A stretch of 64,000 nucleotides of DNA from assembly GCF_009914755.1 (NCBI RefSeq), contig NC_060928.1, one strand, 5' to 3'. This DNA comes from the human T2T-CHM13v2.0 reference genome, Homo sapiens. This document shows positions 44,459-59,262 of the stretch, piece by piece. Within the stretch, counting starts at the first letter, position 1; every line of letters starts with the position of its first letter. A program made the position numbers and the translations under genes. The notes under the pieces are model-generated. The model was not told the origin of the DNA, made no database searches, and worked only from the letters and a program-made list of their open reading frames with translations.

Positions 44459-45179
44459 TTTTTTTTGGAAATAATACTTTCTGAAAAGTATTAAAAACTT
44501 TTAGAAAATTGTACTTTGTCATTCCTACACATCAGTTATCATAAATAAAATACATTTATTTAAAAAAACAAAACAGTAGTAGACAGTAGTAGACATTGAA
44601 TAATGTATTTTACAGGCACTTTAAGCAAAAATGCCTCAAATCATTTTTGTTTGTTCTGATCTTCATCCTAGTGAAGTCTGAAAAACGTGGAAAACAAAGA
44701 AGGACATAACCTCCCATTCCTTTCAGAATTGATTTTAACCTTCAAAATATGTATCCCATAATGTTTATACACAGTAATGGGCATTGTCACATTTTGTGCA
44801 CTAAATTTAAGGCTGTTTAAAAATAGTCTATGAATTTGCTGAAGAATTGTTGACAATAAGGGCATCACTTCTACAGTGAAACCATTCTTGAGAACATGTG
44901 GGAAGTAATCTGTGTACTATTGTTTCAAATGTATAAGTTAAAGCAAACATTATGGGATAGTGTCCCAGTGTTCAAAACATTAGGGAGATCAGGTATCTAG
45001 TGGATAAACCAGACATTAAATAAGAAATTACACAAATAAAATAAAAATTACAAAATGTATAAGGAGAAATACATACTACAATAGTGGAAGAACTAAATAC
45101 TCAGAAAAAGTAACTGAGATCTAAAGAAAGAGTAGAAAATAAAATTCATTAAAAAATTAACGAATTCCCTACATCCACA

Positions 45180-45730
45180 TAAAAGATAAATAAAAAATAT
45201 AGCATCAACTTTGCATTCATTAGAAATTATTTTAGCTAAAAGTTAAAAATAAACCTAACTGTAGTGAATTAAACAAATAAGTTTCTTTTTTTTTACATAG
45301 ACATTTGGAGCTAGAAATTCAGTAATGCCTTCAGAAATATAGGATCTTTTTCTTCTCTCCTCCACCATCAATATTTTGATGATTTTTATACTCTTCCCTG
45401 TTGCCTCATGGTCACAAGACAGCTGCTGCTGCACCTTGAAACACCAGTGTTCCAAGTGGAAGGAAGAAAAGGTAAAGGGTTATGATAGCCAGCTGACTGG
45501 TTACATTCTGTTAGTCAGAAATGAGTCATATGTCCACTCCAGACTAATCACTCGCCCAGTAGAGTGAGCTTACCATGCCTAGTTTGGATCAGTTATAGTC
45601 ATTTCCTGAACCACTTTTCTTAAGTTCAAGAGATAACTGCCAGTACCTAAAGAAATCAGGGTTCAGGTAGTGAAGAAAAAAATTGGACCTGGTGTGACAA
45701 GATGATGGGAAGGTTACATCTGGTGCCTGC
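45180..45730. mobile_element. Old MLT1-type LTR fragment
   Basis: gcctcatggtcacaagacagctgctgc...cattctgttagtcagaaatgagtcatatgtccac; boundaries approximate. Confidence 0.5.
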
Positions 45731-46528
45731 CAAAAATGTCCTTCAGAAATTAACCCTATAATTTAATAAGAAAGAAGAATGGAAATTTTTTCTAAGTGCC
45801 TTTCAAATTAATTCAATCTACTAGGTGGGTACGCTTTCCTTAGAAGCATAAACTTAAACTGTTTTGCTGTCATTTTAGTATAAAAACATATAACACCACC
45901 TGTCAACACCTTTTTTTTTTTTTAGAATAACAATTGATATTTTTAGGATCAACATGTGTCTTTTTTATCCTTCTGCTTTCCTGTTCATTTTGATTGTTTC
46001 TTATGTTTTAGGCATATAAGGAAATTAATTTATGGGAAATATTTCAAAAAGACATCACAGAAATGGTGATTTCATCTATATGAAAGAAATATATTTTGTG
46101 TATATTAGAAAGAAAAGCAGCCTGGATCTAAGTAAAATAATTTTGTAAAGGGAAAAATGGCTTATTAGTGTAGACTTGTAAAAATGATAAGCCCTGTTGA
46201 AACATGCTAGCAAGATACATCATTTTGCCCTATGTTTTCCATAGGCAGTTCTACAGAGTCAGGCAAATAGTGAAAATGGAAAGAGAAAGGAAGGCAGAGA
46301 GAAAAAGAGAAGGATGGAGAGAGGGAACCAGGAAGAGAGAGAGAGAGAAAGAGCTCATTTATAACAAATGTCTAAGACTATTCAAAAACAGTAAGGATAG
46401 ATTATATATTTTGATGGTAGTTTTAGAAATAATGAGTAATGATTTCTCAGTGTTTATGACATGTATTATTTGATAGAAGACATGAACTATGTATCTGATA
46501 ACACAGAAGGAATAATAAAGAATGTCAG

Positions 46529-46885
46529 TATATTAGTCTGTTCTCACTCTGCTAATAAAGACATACCCAAGACTGGGTAATTTATAAAGTAAAGAAGTTT
46601 AATTGACTCACAGTTCCACATGGCTGGGGAGGCCTCACAATCATGGCAGAAGATGAAGGAAGAGAAAAGGGACTTCTTAAACGGCAGCAGGGAAGGGAGC
46701 TTGTGCAGGGGAACTACCATTTATAAAACCATCAGATTCTTGTGAGACTTATTCACTACCACAAGAACAGTATAGGGGACATAGCCCCCATGATTCAATT
46801 ATCTTATCCTGGCCCCACCCTTAACACCTGGGGATTATTACAATTCAAGGTGAGATTTGGGTAGGGACACAGCCAAACCATATCA
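46529..46885 (-). mobile_element. THE1 solo LTR (MaLR)
   Basis: tattagtctgttctcactctgctaataaagacatacc...gggacacagccaaaccatatca; 5-bp TSD gtcag/gtgag. Confidence 0.93.
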
Positions 46886-47759
46886 GTGAGAATATTTGAA
46901 GGAAAACTTCAAATGAAATGTTGTAGAGTTGAACCAATAATGAAGTTTTAGAAACTTAAACTGACAGCAAAAGATCATATATAATTTTATTGTTTTATTC
47001 TGAATTAACCAAAATTGTGAGGGGAGAAACTAGAAGCTGTCATGCAAATATATATATATATGGTGACAATTGTGGCTGTTAATAGTAAATTTTGAAGATG
47101 AGCATTTTTTCAACCAGGAATTTGAAAGTTTGAATAATGGGTGCAATAACAAACTTAGTGGAGAAGCAAGTGAAAAATATTGATTGCCTTCATTCTTCAA
47201 GCAATAGATATTTATGTGTTCTAAATCCAGTGTTTTAGTCAGAAGATCCAAAGAGAAAAAATGTCAGTATTTATTGTAAATCTTGGCAGATAGGTTCTCA
47301 TTTCACAATGCCTTCATGCGCTATTGGATATAAACAACTAATGTTCTCACCAGTGATTTTCATGCCCATCAAACTGAATTCAAATTCCTTAGTAATCAAA
47401 TCCTTACTGTCTTTGCTACCAGTTTTCAAAGTGTGTTTCCTGAAATACTAATGCTGCTCTTTAAAAAAGTGTTCCTTATTAAAATACACATAGGAAACCC
47501 TACATATTATAGTATCTTCTTAGACAATAGTCATTCACATTAACATATTAACAGCTTTGAAAATTCTTCTAAAAACCTATTTAAATTAATTTGTGCAATT
47601 GTTACATTTTTAAATTTATTTATATCCAGGGCACCATCTAGTATGACCTGATAGAACCCAAAGAAACTAATATTCCAGTTCAGGAAATTTTAGTCTTGCC
47701 TCCTTACATTTCTAGCATTCTCTTTTACAGCATCTTTCCATATACACTATCCTCTAGTC

Positions 47760-48053
47760 CAAGCTTGTCTAACCATGGCCCACAGGCCACATGTGGCCCA
47801 GGACAGCTTTGAATGAGGTCCAACACAAATTCGTATTAGGCCGCATTCATATTTTACACAATTCTATTTTGTGTCTGCAGCAGTATTTACCAGAATGTAT
47901 TTTATAAAGTAGACATTTAAAATATTATGAGTTTTTTTTTTGCGATTTTTAGCTCATCATCTATCATTAGCATTAGTGTATTTTATGTGTGACCCAAGAC
48001 AATTCTTCGTCTTCCAATGTGGCCAAGGGAAGCCAAAAAATTGGACATCCCTG
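47760..48053. mobile_element. MER30 (hAT-Charlie) with an internal ~83-bp insertion, inside an L2
   Basis: caagcttgtctaacc...ggcccaggacagctttgaatg...caacacaaattcgta, insert, then ttatgag...gggaagccaaaaaattggacatccctg. Confidence 0.88.
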
Positions 48054-48669
48054 ACATCAAAATGGAGTTTTATATACTCTCCATGTGTGTCCTAGATTTC
48101 TTACCTCTCTTGCTATTTGAATTTAAATCTTCTCTTTTTTAAAAAATCTCTACCCAAACTCCTACCTTGTCTTTCATCCATCTACCTACATCTCGCTAGC
48201 ATGAAAAATGTTCACAACCTCTGATCTAGTAGTCTATGTCCTAATAATCTATTCTAAAAGAATCTAAATTATAGAAAAGTGCTTTTACATGAAAGCATTT
48301 TCTATTTGTAACTTATAATAGCAAAACCTAAGACATTACCTTAATGCTTTATATAAGAGAGCTGGCTCAGCATTGACAGTATGTAGAATGCTAGAATAAA
48401 CAACAATTAAGTTTATAAATATTTTAATATAGTGCAATTCTTAGTCATTTATTTAAATATCATATTAACTTTAGAAAGCAACATATAAAGTTATATGCAT
48501 ACTATTTTCTCAAATATGTGAAGCAATACAAAAAAAGGAGAAAGAGAAACACGCTTTGATGCTGAGTTTTTCTTTGTGTGGTAAAAGTTTAGGGTTTTTT
48601 TAAGCATCTGGATTTTTAAAACATTAATTTTATGACCAAAAATCAAAACAAAACAAATAGACAGACATG

Positions 48670-48940
48670 CATGCATTCTTCAGGGCTGGATTGGTTTCTT
48701 TGTTGTCACTAAGACTTCCCTAATCCCCCTAACAGATGTCATTGCTTCTGCTTCCCAACTCCAGGGCTCTATGGTGTAAGTCTCCCATGGTACATTTCAC
48801 AATCTACTCTGGACCAGAGATAATTGTATAATTGCCTTACCCTGCACATACCAAATTACATTCTATTTTGTGTCTGCATCAGTGCTTAACAGAATGTATT
48901 TTATGAAGTAGACATTTAGGAAACATTTGTGCAATGAATA
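48670..48940 (+). mobile_element. L2 3'-end fragment
   Basis: ttttgtgtctgcatcagtgcttaacagaatg...gtagacatttaggaaacatttgtgcaatgaat. Confidence 0.6.
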
Positions 48941-49319
48941 GATTTTTTGTCTCAAGTATATCGTCTTTTGCCTAATGTTTTTTATAAAAAAACTTTATAC
49001 AATAAAATGGTGTATAATTACACAAATTCAAGTAACTCCTCTAACTGCCTATTTCTATTTGCCCATGATGTCCAAATAACCTGATGTCCTGTGACAAGAC
49101 TGCTGTCTTCTAAAGGATTATTTTTTGGGGGATGGGGTTGAGGGGAGATAACTGAAATTGAAGATAGTAAACATGGAAAAAACTTGGAAAAATGCACTGT
49201 AATAATTTTGATCTAATTATTCCTTTTAGGTCATCCTACAGTGTATTAAAGACCAAATGGCAAAGTGCACCTTAACTGAATAACTCACTTTTTGTGAGTT
49301 ATTCACATTCTTGTACTTT

Positions 49320-49485
49320 CCACTACAATCATACTAGAATGGCTGAAAATTTAAAAAATTAAAAGCTGACAAACGAAGTGCTAATGAGAACGTGAAATAC
49401 CTGAAACTCTCATATATTATTAATGGGAATGCAAAATGGTACAACCATGTTGAAAAACAGTTTGGCAGTTTCTTTTTAATTAAAC
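49320..49485 (+). mobile_element. Old L1M fragment
   Basis: tagaatggctgaaaatt...gggaatgcaaaatggtacaacc...aaaacagtttggcagtttc. Confidence 0.75.
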
Positions 49486-50768
49486 ATCAAATTATTCACT
49501 AAGTTTACCAGGCATAAGTACTCATTTAAAAGATTTCCTACTTGTTTTAATGCATTTCATAAATGTAAATCACAACTATTGTTTTCTATTTTAAATGTTT
49601 TCTTAACCTATGCAAATTTCAGTCATTCCAATTTGCAGAGAAGTGACTGATGGCAATATTACTAGTATATCAAGAAATGGCAACTGCAGGATTACACAAT
49701 CAACTACTGCAGGAAGAATTTTACACAATCAACTCGCCTTCACCATTTATGATCTTCCATTTATTTTCTTTTTTTCTCGTATTCTCCTTGGAGAACATCT
49801 GATTGGATGTTCTCAATCACCAAAAAGTTGATGAAAATTAACATTAAGAATAAAAGAAGCCCCACTAACCCATTTACACAAATAGCCAAATTTCAAACAG
49901 ACTAATTAATTACTGAGAAATAAAGTGAATAAATGAAGCAGAAAATAAATAAATGTAATAGATATTCTCAGAGATATTCCAAGGGGTATCACCTCTGTAA
50001 ATCAGCAATAAATTATTATGGGGGGAAAATAAGCTATTAGAGTCGTTGGAGGGGATTGTTTACACAGATAAAAATAAGTAAATGAACAAACAAAATAGAT
50101 TGGGGAGTAGACCAAAGACAACTGAAAGTCACAAGTAGTGAGATGAAAGACTGACACAAGGAAGCCTCCCAAAATGCAGGAAAAATAAACACACAAATAA
50201 ATGAAAAGTGGGAGAAAATAGATACAACACATAGAAAACAGCATAGGAAACTTTGTAAAATATGTGTAATAAAAGATATGTAATATTTATATCCATTTAT
50301 ATACATGTTTATATGTGTATGTTTATGCATAAATATTTGTGTGTATGTGTGTGTGTATATATATAAAATATATATAAAACTTTGTACTAAATGTATAGAG
50401 AGTACAGATACATTGCAAACAGCCATGGCCCATTTCAAATGACTGTACATTCTTCCCTTCCCACAGCTCATCCCCATCTCTCTCATTAACTTGCTTCCTA
50501 GTGAAATTTTTTACCCATAACAGCTGAATGAAAGTGTAACCAAACAGCCAAGGAGATCTAGTGATGAAAATACCAAAATGCAGGTTTTATTGCAATACCA
50601 TGTCCCCCAATTATTGGTGGATTAAACTAAAAGTAATTAGATTATCAGCAAATAGAGATTTGAGGGTGGTTTTTTATTCCATTCCACATTTTTACAGGCA
50701 TATTACAACTGAGGAGCACTGAATAATAAATTTGTTAATAGTGATCCAAAAACTATGGCCAAGAAGGT

Positions 50769-51132
50769 TGAATTAGTCTAGTTTCACACTGCTATGAAGA
50801 AATACCAGAGTCTGAGTAATTTATAAAGAAAAGACATTTAATTGACTCACAATTCCACATGGCTGGGGAAGCCTTAGGAAACTTACAATCATGGTGGAAG
50901 ACACCTCTTCACAGGGCAGCAGTAGAAAGAATGAGTTCAAGCAGAGGAAATGCCAGACATTTATAAAACCATCATATCTCATGAAGCCCACTCATTATCA
51001 CAAGAACAGCATGGGGGAAACCACCCCTACAATTCAATTACCTCCACCTGGTCCCACCCTTGACACATGGGGATCATGGGGATCACAAATCAAGGTGAGA
51101 TTTGGGTGGGGACACAGAGCCAAACCATATCA
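50769..51132 (-). mobile_element. THE1 solo LTR (MaLR)
   Basis: attagtctagtttcacactgctatgaagaaatacc...gggacacagagccaaaccatatca; 5-bp TSD aaggt/aaggc. Confidence 0.93.
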
Positions 51133-51559
51133 AAGGCCATGACATTAAAGGATTTGAAGAATATGGCATTTGCTGATATTGGGTGACAGAGGCACTCATC
51201 ATATAGACTATGCTAAAGTTTGGGGGTGGAGACAAAGGCAGGAATGTTGACAAATATCTTGAAACTAGCCAAAGTCTTTCTATTTACCTCAGTGATATTT
51301 TATCAAAAATTTTAAAAAATAGTGTGGGAGAGGAGGACAAGAGGAGCACTCTCGCAATCTCACATATTTCGCGCCATGTGCTTCTTGTACCTACTCAATG
51401 TTGTTAATTTAAAAAAAAACTATATGTTTACACTCAACTATTTTAGGACTCCCTTTGCCAAAGGTCTGAGAAGAAGAGAAATATTTCATTACATTGTGAT
51501 GAATTGTAGAGGCAGTACAGCTAGTAAAGTCAATGTCATACATGGGGGAAGCACTGTAA

Positions 51560-51800
51560 TATAATCAGAGGATGATACAGGCTGGTGATTAATAACATAG
51601 AAAATTCTATATTTTATTTCCCTTTATTGCTTCCCAGAAATGTAACCTTGGACAACAAGTCACATAATCTATGACCCAAGAATCTCATTTACAAAATTGA
51701 AATATTAAGAGGAATTATTCAACAGATATTTTATGGTTAAATTACAGAATGTAAGCAAGGTATTACACATCTAATAAGTTCTCAATAAATGTGAACTGAT
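51560..51800. mobile_element. MIR element
   Basis: tgtaaccttggacaacaagtcac...tctcatttacaaaattg...taagttctcaataaatg. Confidence 0.6.
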
Positions 51801-53182
51801 GACGATGATGATACTGACGATGTTGGTGGCAACATAAGCACCTGGGGGGAAGCACCCCCTCAGTTTACTAAATTATGTAGTCAAGATACTACAAAGTTTC
51901 CAGCTAAGGTTAGAGGTACAAACTTTCCCCTTGATGACAGCGGGTTAAATTTGCTTTGCTATCACTAAAATTTATTTATCTGTCCCATTAACTTAAAAAT
52001 TCCTAAGTCTATTAGAGAACAGCTATAGACTGAATTAAACACATGAGTTGACCTAATTGAATTAAATGGAAGGTTATAATAAGTAGCTTTATTCTTGGTT
52101 GATTATTATGGTTAAAAACCTTTACTTTGAAAAGTTCTTTATAGTAGTTAATCTGCATGTGGAACCCTTTGGTGTACCATGGAGGTTCCTCCAAAACAGC
52201 ATAAGAATTAATGATGGTCAAACGTATAATGTTGAGAAAAACATGTTTTTCTTAATTAAGGATAAACCCAACTGTATATTTGACTTTTTAAAATTTTGGT
52301 AATCATGAAAATAAGAATATATGAGGGAATTCATGGCCCTTTACAATTTATTTACCCTCAAATATTAAATTGAAGGGTGGTACATTTTTATTTTCTAACC
52401 CCTTTGTTCAGGATTTCTTGACAAAGTTTAGCTCATGTGAACAAATGGGTGAAAATCTATTGGCTTTCTCGATAAGAGAAAACAAACAAATGTTTCTAGG
52501 ACCAGTGGACCAAATCCTAGTCTTAATAGAGGGAGGAGAGGAAGACAAAGTAATGCCCAGATAATGATCACATTGTAGTCCATAATGAAATCAACAGATA
52601 AAGAAAATTTGGTATTTAAATCAGGACTGTAAAAGAAACAAAGGGAAAGGGGAAAGCATAGCTTTGTGAGTACATGCTAAGGCAGGGGCGTCTGTATTAG
52701 CGAAAATTGGATGTTAAAAGAGAAGTTCCATAGATATGACTTTGTGCTCAAAAAGAAGGATCTCAAATATATAGAAAGCTGTCACTACATGGCAGCTTTT
52801 ATCAACGGAAGTATTACCTTGTAGTTTTCAATGTCAACAAATTCTTTGACACATCTGCCTTCAAGAAGCAAAGCCTGATTACCCTCCTTTTGCATGTGGA
52901 CTAGACTCAGTGTAATTGTTTTTAACGATGAATAGGATAAGGTGGAAATGCTGGTTGCAATTTCAGACGCGAGGTTATAAAAGCAGCTTTGTACCTTCCT
53001 TTGTGTGCTCTCTCTTTGGATCACTCATTCTAGGGAAAGTTAACTGCCCTCTCATAAGCAACACTGTGGAAAGGCCTGAGAGACCAGGGCTTGAGGCCAG
53101 CTGCCAATAGCCAATGGGGGACTGAGGCCTTTGGCCAATAGTCATGAGAGTGGTGTTTCTTGAAAAAGGAACTCCCAGACAG

Positions 53183-53766
53183 AGTTTGAAACAGGGTTTC
53201 AGTCTGTCACTCAGGCTGGAGTGCAGTGACACAATTATGGCCACTGCAGGTGAGTTAGTCCTTTCCCACATAGCTATAAAGAAACATCTGAGAATGAATA
53301 ATTTATAAAGAAAAGAGGTTTAATTGGCTGATGGTTCTGCAGGTTGTATAGGAAGCATGATACTGTCATCTGGTTGGTTTCTGGGGAGGCCTCAGGAAAC
53401 ATAAAATCATGGCAGAAGGCGAAGGGGGAGTACAGACTTCACATGGCCCGAGTAAGAGCAAGAAAGAGAACAAGAGGGTAGGTGCTACACACTTTCAAAC
53501 AAGCAGATATCATGAGAACTCACTCACTCTTGGGAGAACAGCACCAAGGTGATGATGCTAAACCATTCATAAGAAACACCTCCATGATCCAATCACCCCG
53601 CACTAAACCCCACCTCCAACATTGGAGATTACAGCTCTACATGAGATTTGTGCAGGGACACAGATCCAAACCGTACCACCTGCCTTGACTTTCTGGGCTC
53701 AAGCAATCTTCCTACTTCAGCCTCTGGAGTAGCTGGGACTACAGGTGTGTGCCACTGCTCCCAGTC
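53183..53766 (-). mobile_element. FLAM/AluJ monomer interrupted by an MST LTR
   Basis: tgaaacagggtttc...ccactgcag before the MST; ccttgactttctgggctcaagc...gccactgctcccag after it. Confidence 0.85.
53251..53678 (-). mobile_element. MST (MaLR) solo LTR
   Basis: ttagtcctttcccacatagctataaagaaa...ggaagcatg...gggacacagatccaaaccgtacca. Confidence 0.9.
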
Positions 53767-53801
53767 CCCAGTTAAGCATCCTTTTAAAAACATTGATATA
53801 A

Positions 53802-54097
<296 letters not shown>

Positions 54098-54362
54098 GAT
54101 ATAAAATAGTTATATATATTTGAGGGGAACATGTAACATTTTGATAGATGTATATAATATGAGATGATCAAATCAGAGTAATTGAGATAACCATCACCTC
54201 AATTATTTACCTTTTGTGTTGAGAACATTACAGTTCTTTACTAGCTATTTTTACATATATAATAAATTATTATTACCTATAATCTCCCTACTATACTACC
54301 AAATACTAAAACTTATTTCTTCTATCTAAGCCTCTGGTAATCACCATTCTACTATCTACCTC
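54098..54362 (-). mobile_element. L1MA 3'-end fragment (starts ~53782, before the Alu)
   Basis: atgatcaaatcagagtaattgagataaccatcacctc...ctctggtaatcaccattctac. Confidence 0.85.
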
Positions 54363-57300
54363 CAGGCTGACATCTGGACTACAATTGCTTTAGAGGCCCT
54401 TAGCCAGAACCACCCAGTTAAGCCACTCCTGAGTTGTTTTGAGTTACTAAATTCAGAAGGAATTTGTTATGCAGCAATGAATAACTACTACATGTTACTA
54501 TTATTATTATTATTCTTGGTAAAGAGTTAGGATGTGTATTTGCTTTTATTGTGCAGTATACTGTTTTCTGAGACAATAATTGAAATTTCATAATCCCCAG
54601 GATGTCAAAATGTTCCTGTTCTGAAAGCATTGCTGCCTAGAAATTCTGGGAACAATAGATATGTAAAAATAGAACACAAATGCTCAAGAAATCCTTTCAC
54701 CTTACAACTAGCAGGATCCTCTCTTATTAAATAGGATGTGGATGGATATAAAGGTCCAGGACTTAAAGTGAGGAGCGAAAAGAACTGATGTATTTTCTTC
54801 AGTTCATCCAATTCTGTCCAAATTCTGTCTCTACCAATAACTCTATGTTGTTTTGATGAAGAAAGAAAAGGATAAAAATATTTTAACAAAGAATAAAAAT
54901 ATAATAGTAAAATGTTTTGAGGTGAAATAAAAGTACATGTCACCCCATCTGACCTCCCACACAAATTTCTTTCACAGTATTTATTCCTGACAATCAAAAT
55001 ATGGCTTCTTTCATATTTCTATTGATAGAGAAATGGCCAATTTATTTTTTTATGGCATGCTAAAATTTAGAAATGCCAATTGTTATATTCTTGATAGGTT
55101 ATAATCTTTTCCCCTTGGACATATTTCTGCAGTCTGGATCAAAACAGAACAAATCTAGTGTGTAAATTGTTCATATTTTGAAACGGTTAACATGACATCT
55201 TTTAATTTTAGCAGAGATGTGTGAAAAGAACACTCAGAAGTGCTTGACACACACATTACTAAGTGAGAAAACAGAATGAAGGAGTTAGAAATGAGTATAG
55301 ACATTTTGATACGCCATGGAGAACTAAGAGCTCAGAATCAAAACTCATGGCTTTAGAACATAGGGTCCTATCTTTTGCTCTAGTCTTTCAGCCCAAATTA
55401 TACATAAATAACCAACATTAAAGTATCCAAAGAATGCATTCTCTCTATATACTTTTCCCTGAACCTCTACTATCATAAGAAAGACTCATAATGGTAAGTA
55501 ATAAATTCTGACAGAAAAATAAGTTCTTAAATCTATAACCATTTCTACTTTCAGGCCCTAATTACTAATTACGGACAACTATATGCTTTGACACTATAAT
55601 TGCAATTAAAATGATTGAATTACCCCTAGTCATATCATAAACAAATTCCTTGAGTTTAACACCTATTATAAAATGTTTAATAGGGTGACTGACCAGTAAG
55701 AAATTTACAATTAAGCCACTGTATTATTTCATTTGCATACAATCTTTTCTAAAGAAAAGAAGGCAGCCACTCACATGACAAGCTTGATTAGTTCACAAAG
55801 AACAAAGTCAGTACTAATTTTAGTAAAACCTAATTTTAATCAAGCAACATCATTTTCATTCATCATTTTTTTTCTAATCACTGCCATCACTTGAATGCCA
55901 AACAAAAGGGATTGCTACTTTTTGAAGGTTAATACAGTTATCACACGACATTTATGCCCATTACTAGAAAACACTGCAAATCCCTCACAATGAATAAATA
56001 TTATTCCTGCGACTGTAACTGGATGTTCTTAGGTGTCTTTGTGTTTATAAAGTTGTATCACACACACAGATAGACATAATGACCAAAGAGTACATGAAGT
56101 CAAAGGAGCATAGAATGCCTTATGTTAAGTATATAAGACAGTGAACACTAATAGCAATGAATGATAGCCAATAGCCAAAAACGCAAATCCCTGTCTCTCA
56201 TACCCTGAAGGTTAGAACTACTATTTCTAAACCATAAACTCACCCTTGGCCGATATGCAGCCACCAACTGATTTATAGCTTCTTTGGTAATAATGTATTT
56301 CACATGTGGTTATTCCTTTTAATCATAAATAATTGCTTAATGTCATACATTAAAACTCCATACCTTGTATGGTATCATATCAAAAATGCTTTATGTTATA
56401 TTGAATTGTGACAGTAAAATAAATTATTCTTTGCTTGGCTGGTTAAAGAGTATTTAAGTTAGAGAAATTGTATATACACACAACTCTATATCTTCAATTT
56501 CAGTGTAAGATGCAATAGTAGTTACACAACTACAAATGCCACACACAGAAACCTATAGACACGTGCTGTATTTTTGTCCATTTTATAAAACTTCTTCAAC
56601 AGTGAACATGAGTTTTTCTCAACACTATAACTACCTGTATAAAACTGCCTACACAAAACTAGCTACAACGCTTACCTGTGCAAAACTTCCCCTGGACACC
56701 CATCTGCAGGCTCAGCTCTGTTTTAGAAGTAATTTCAGTGCCATACAAGAGGCTTTTAAGCATCTAAAGTAATACTTTTGGACTCAGAATTATAACACAG
56801 GATTTGGTAATTAATAGTACCCCTATATGTGTTTGTTGAATAAATAAATAAATCCTATCAGCAGGTTTACTCTCTTAACTCTTACTTTGTAGTCCAACTC
56901 TCATAACTGGGTTTCTGTTTATTTCAAAAAAAAAACACATTACTCTGCTGTTCAAAGTTACTGATAATCAGACCCTGGTCTTATTTACTCTTCTGGAATT
57001 TCTGTCTTATTAACCTGCCCAATGACATCATTGTTTTGAGTATAAGGCCCTGCCATTTTTCTCAATGCCCTGAATCCCCAGAGCTTGGCTTTAGTTAAAA
57101 TTTAGGGTCTAAGATATTGCCACTGACTAAAATTTGTCTTCATGGCTGGCTGCTTGACTTTCCTATTCATCTCCCCTCTTACACCCCTCAGAGCCTTGGT
57201 CTGTTTACCTCTCATGACATACCATTATCCTGGACTGAACTACTCTAGGCCAACCACGGGACAGGACTGGTGGCTGCGGATGATGTCCATGCCTTTAAAA

Positions 57301-59262
57301 CCATGGCTTGAGTAGATTGTCTCCCCACTAGGTTCTAATCCTCCAAGTGTAGGTCCTATCCTCCAAGATGGCCCATTTTTTCTGCACCTAGCCCAGGCAA
57401 CAAGGATGATCAATGACTTATTACTTTTATGGTCAGTGCAAACTGTTAAAAAATGAAGGTCTCTCTCATGTTTGGAAACTGAACCATGTAAATATTTTGG
57501 CAAAATTTAAAGGATATACCAATACCACCATCACTACCAAGAAAGAAAATGGTGACATAAAATCTAAATGTATTTCTATAAGGTCATTTAAAAATATTTC
57601 AATTTACAAGAAAACCAAGTTTTTCTTACAATTTAGATGCCACATGAGTATTATCAATTAAAGTTCAAATCAAATAGCAAATTATTTCTGAAGCATTTTT
57701 CAATAAGAATTTATGTTTATCCATCAGTTACTTCTGAATTGTCTCTATCAATTGAGGTCTATTTTGACATTTTGAATTAAGATGAAATAGAGAACCTCTG
57801 GGAAAGTCACAATGGAATTGCTACCTATCTAAAATTACTATGAAGGATAATTACCTTCTGGATGCAATAGAATGATTTAACAAGCTACAGTTATTAATAT
57901 CTAGGTAAACAATTGAAAAATATTTAATCTGACAATCTTCTGAAAACTCTTTCAAAAAGGCTTATAGACTTATGTATGATATGCTGAATAATTACTATAC
58001 AATAACTACTTATGGTCATGGCTGGAAAGATATAATGCAATGCCTACTTATCTACGATTTATTTTGCCAGAAAATTTAAACATTTTTAAAATAAGACATG
58101 GCCATAAAAACAACCATAAAACCTTTAATATAAGACCTTGTTTTATTCAGTGAAATTAATTTATTGACACTCCTATGATAGAATAAATGACCAATACAGG
58201 GTTTCAGCCTACTTGTTCCCTTTTTTCTTTATAAAATGCATTACTGTAATGCATTTCTAAAGGAAACAGTGAAAGATAAATGGGATGAAATCTTATAATG
58301 GATTGACTTGGGATCCTTTTTCAAGCTTTTTCAAGTTATGCCCTGTTATCAGAACTAATTTGCCTTAATCTCTTAAATCCACAGAAATGTACAATGAAAA
58401 TGATGTGATTTTGAGGCATCTTAAGATCTTAAATCAAAGGCAGATATAAAACTTTTAAAAAGATTTTCAGTCTCAGCAGATAAGACAAAAAAGGGTTCCA
58501 GTTAAACTACCCTTACCAGAATCCATATTTACTTCAGCAACTGAATTTCTACTCAGCGGTGCTATTGATTTACACAGATTCTGATAGTCTTTGTTGAGGC
58601 CTGATGAAAAGAAAAAAAGTGATTTCATACCCAAATAAGTTTTATCACAGCTTCAATCAGGCTAAGGTATCCATACTTTTGTCACCCTTTTTATGTTTTT
58701 CCCGCTACAATTTAGTTCCAATTTCCCTTCCTTTACATCTCTTTCTCCTCACACTCGTTAAAGAAGGGTGTTCTCTAAACGTTCCCCCAGGCCTCTTCTT
58801 TCTTTCTACCAAATCATTCACTTCTCATATGTAATTATAAACTTTTCAAGAAAACATTCTCGATTTTATCCAGCTTAGTTTCTGTAGTTACACACAAGGA
58901 CTATGGGAATAGTCCCCATTTCCCTGTATCTCATATTTCAAATTCTAAATGGCCCTAAATAACAAAAATATACAAAATTATCTACTTATTCTTTAGAATA
59001 TTAAATGTTTTCTTCACGTTGGACCTGAAGTATTAGATCCATTATAAAAATAAATATGTTTCAAAAAATTATTGAACCCAAACTGAAATTGAGTCCTGTT
59101 GTTTTCCCCTTTCTGTAAGTGCTGAGGATTCAGAACCTTCTCAGATAAAGTTAAAGTTGTCGTTTACTTCTTAAGTTCTAGTTTAATTTCTCTTCTACTC
59201 TTCTTTCTCTAAAAAATACAGGAACTATTAGTGAAGAGGCCGGTTATATGCAGAAACTGGCA

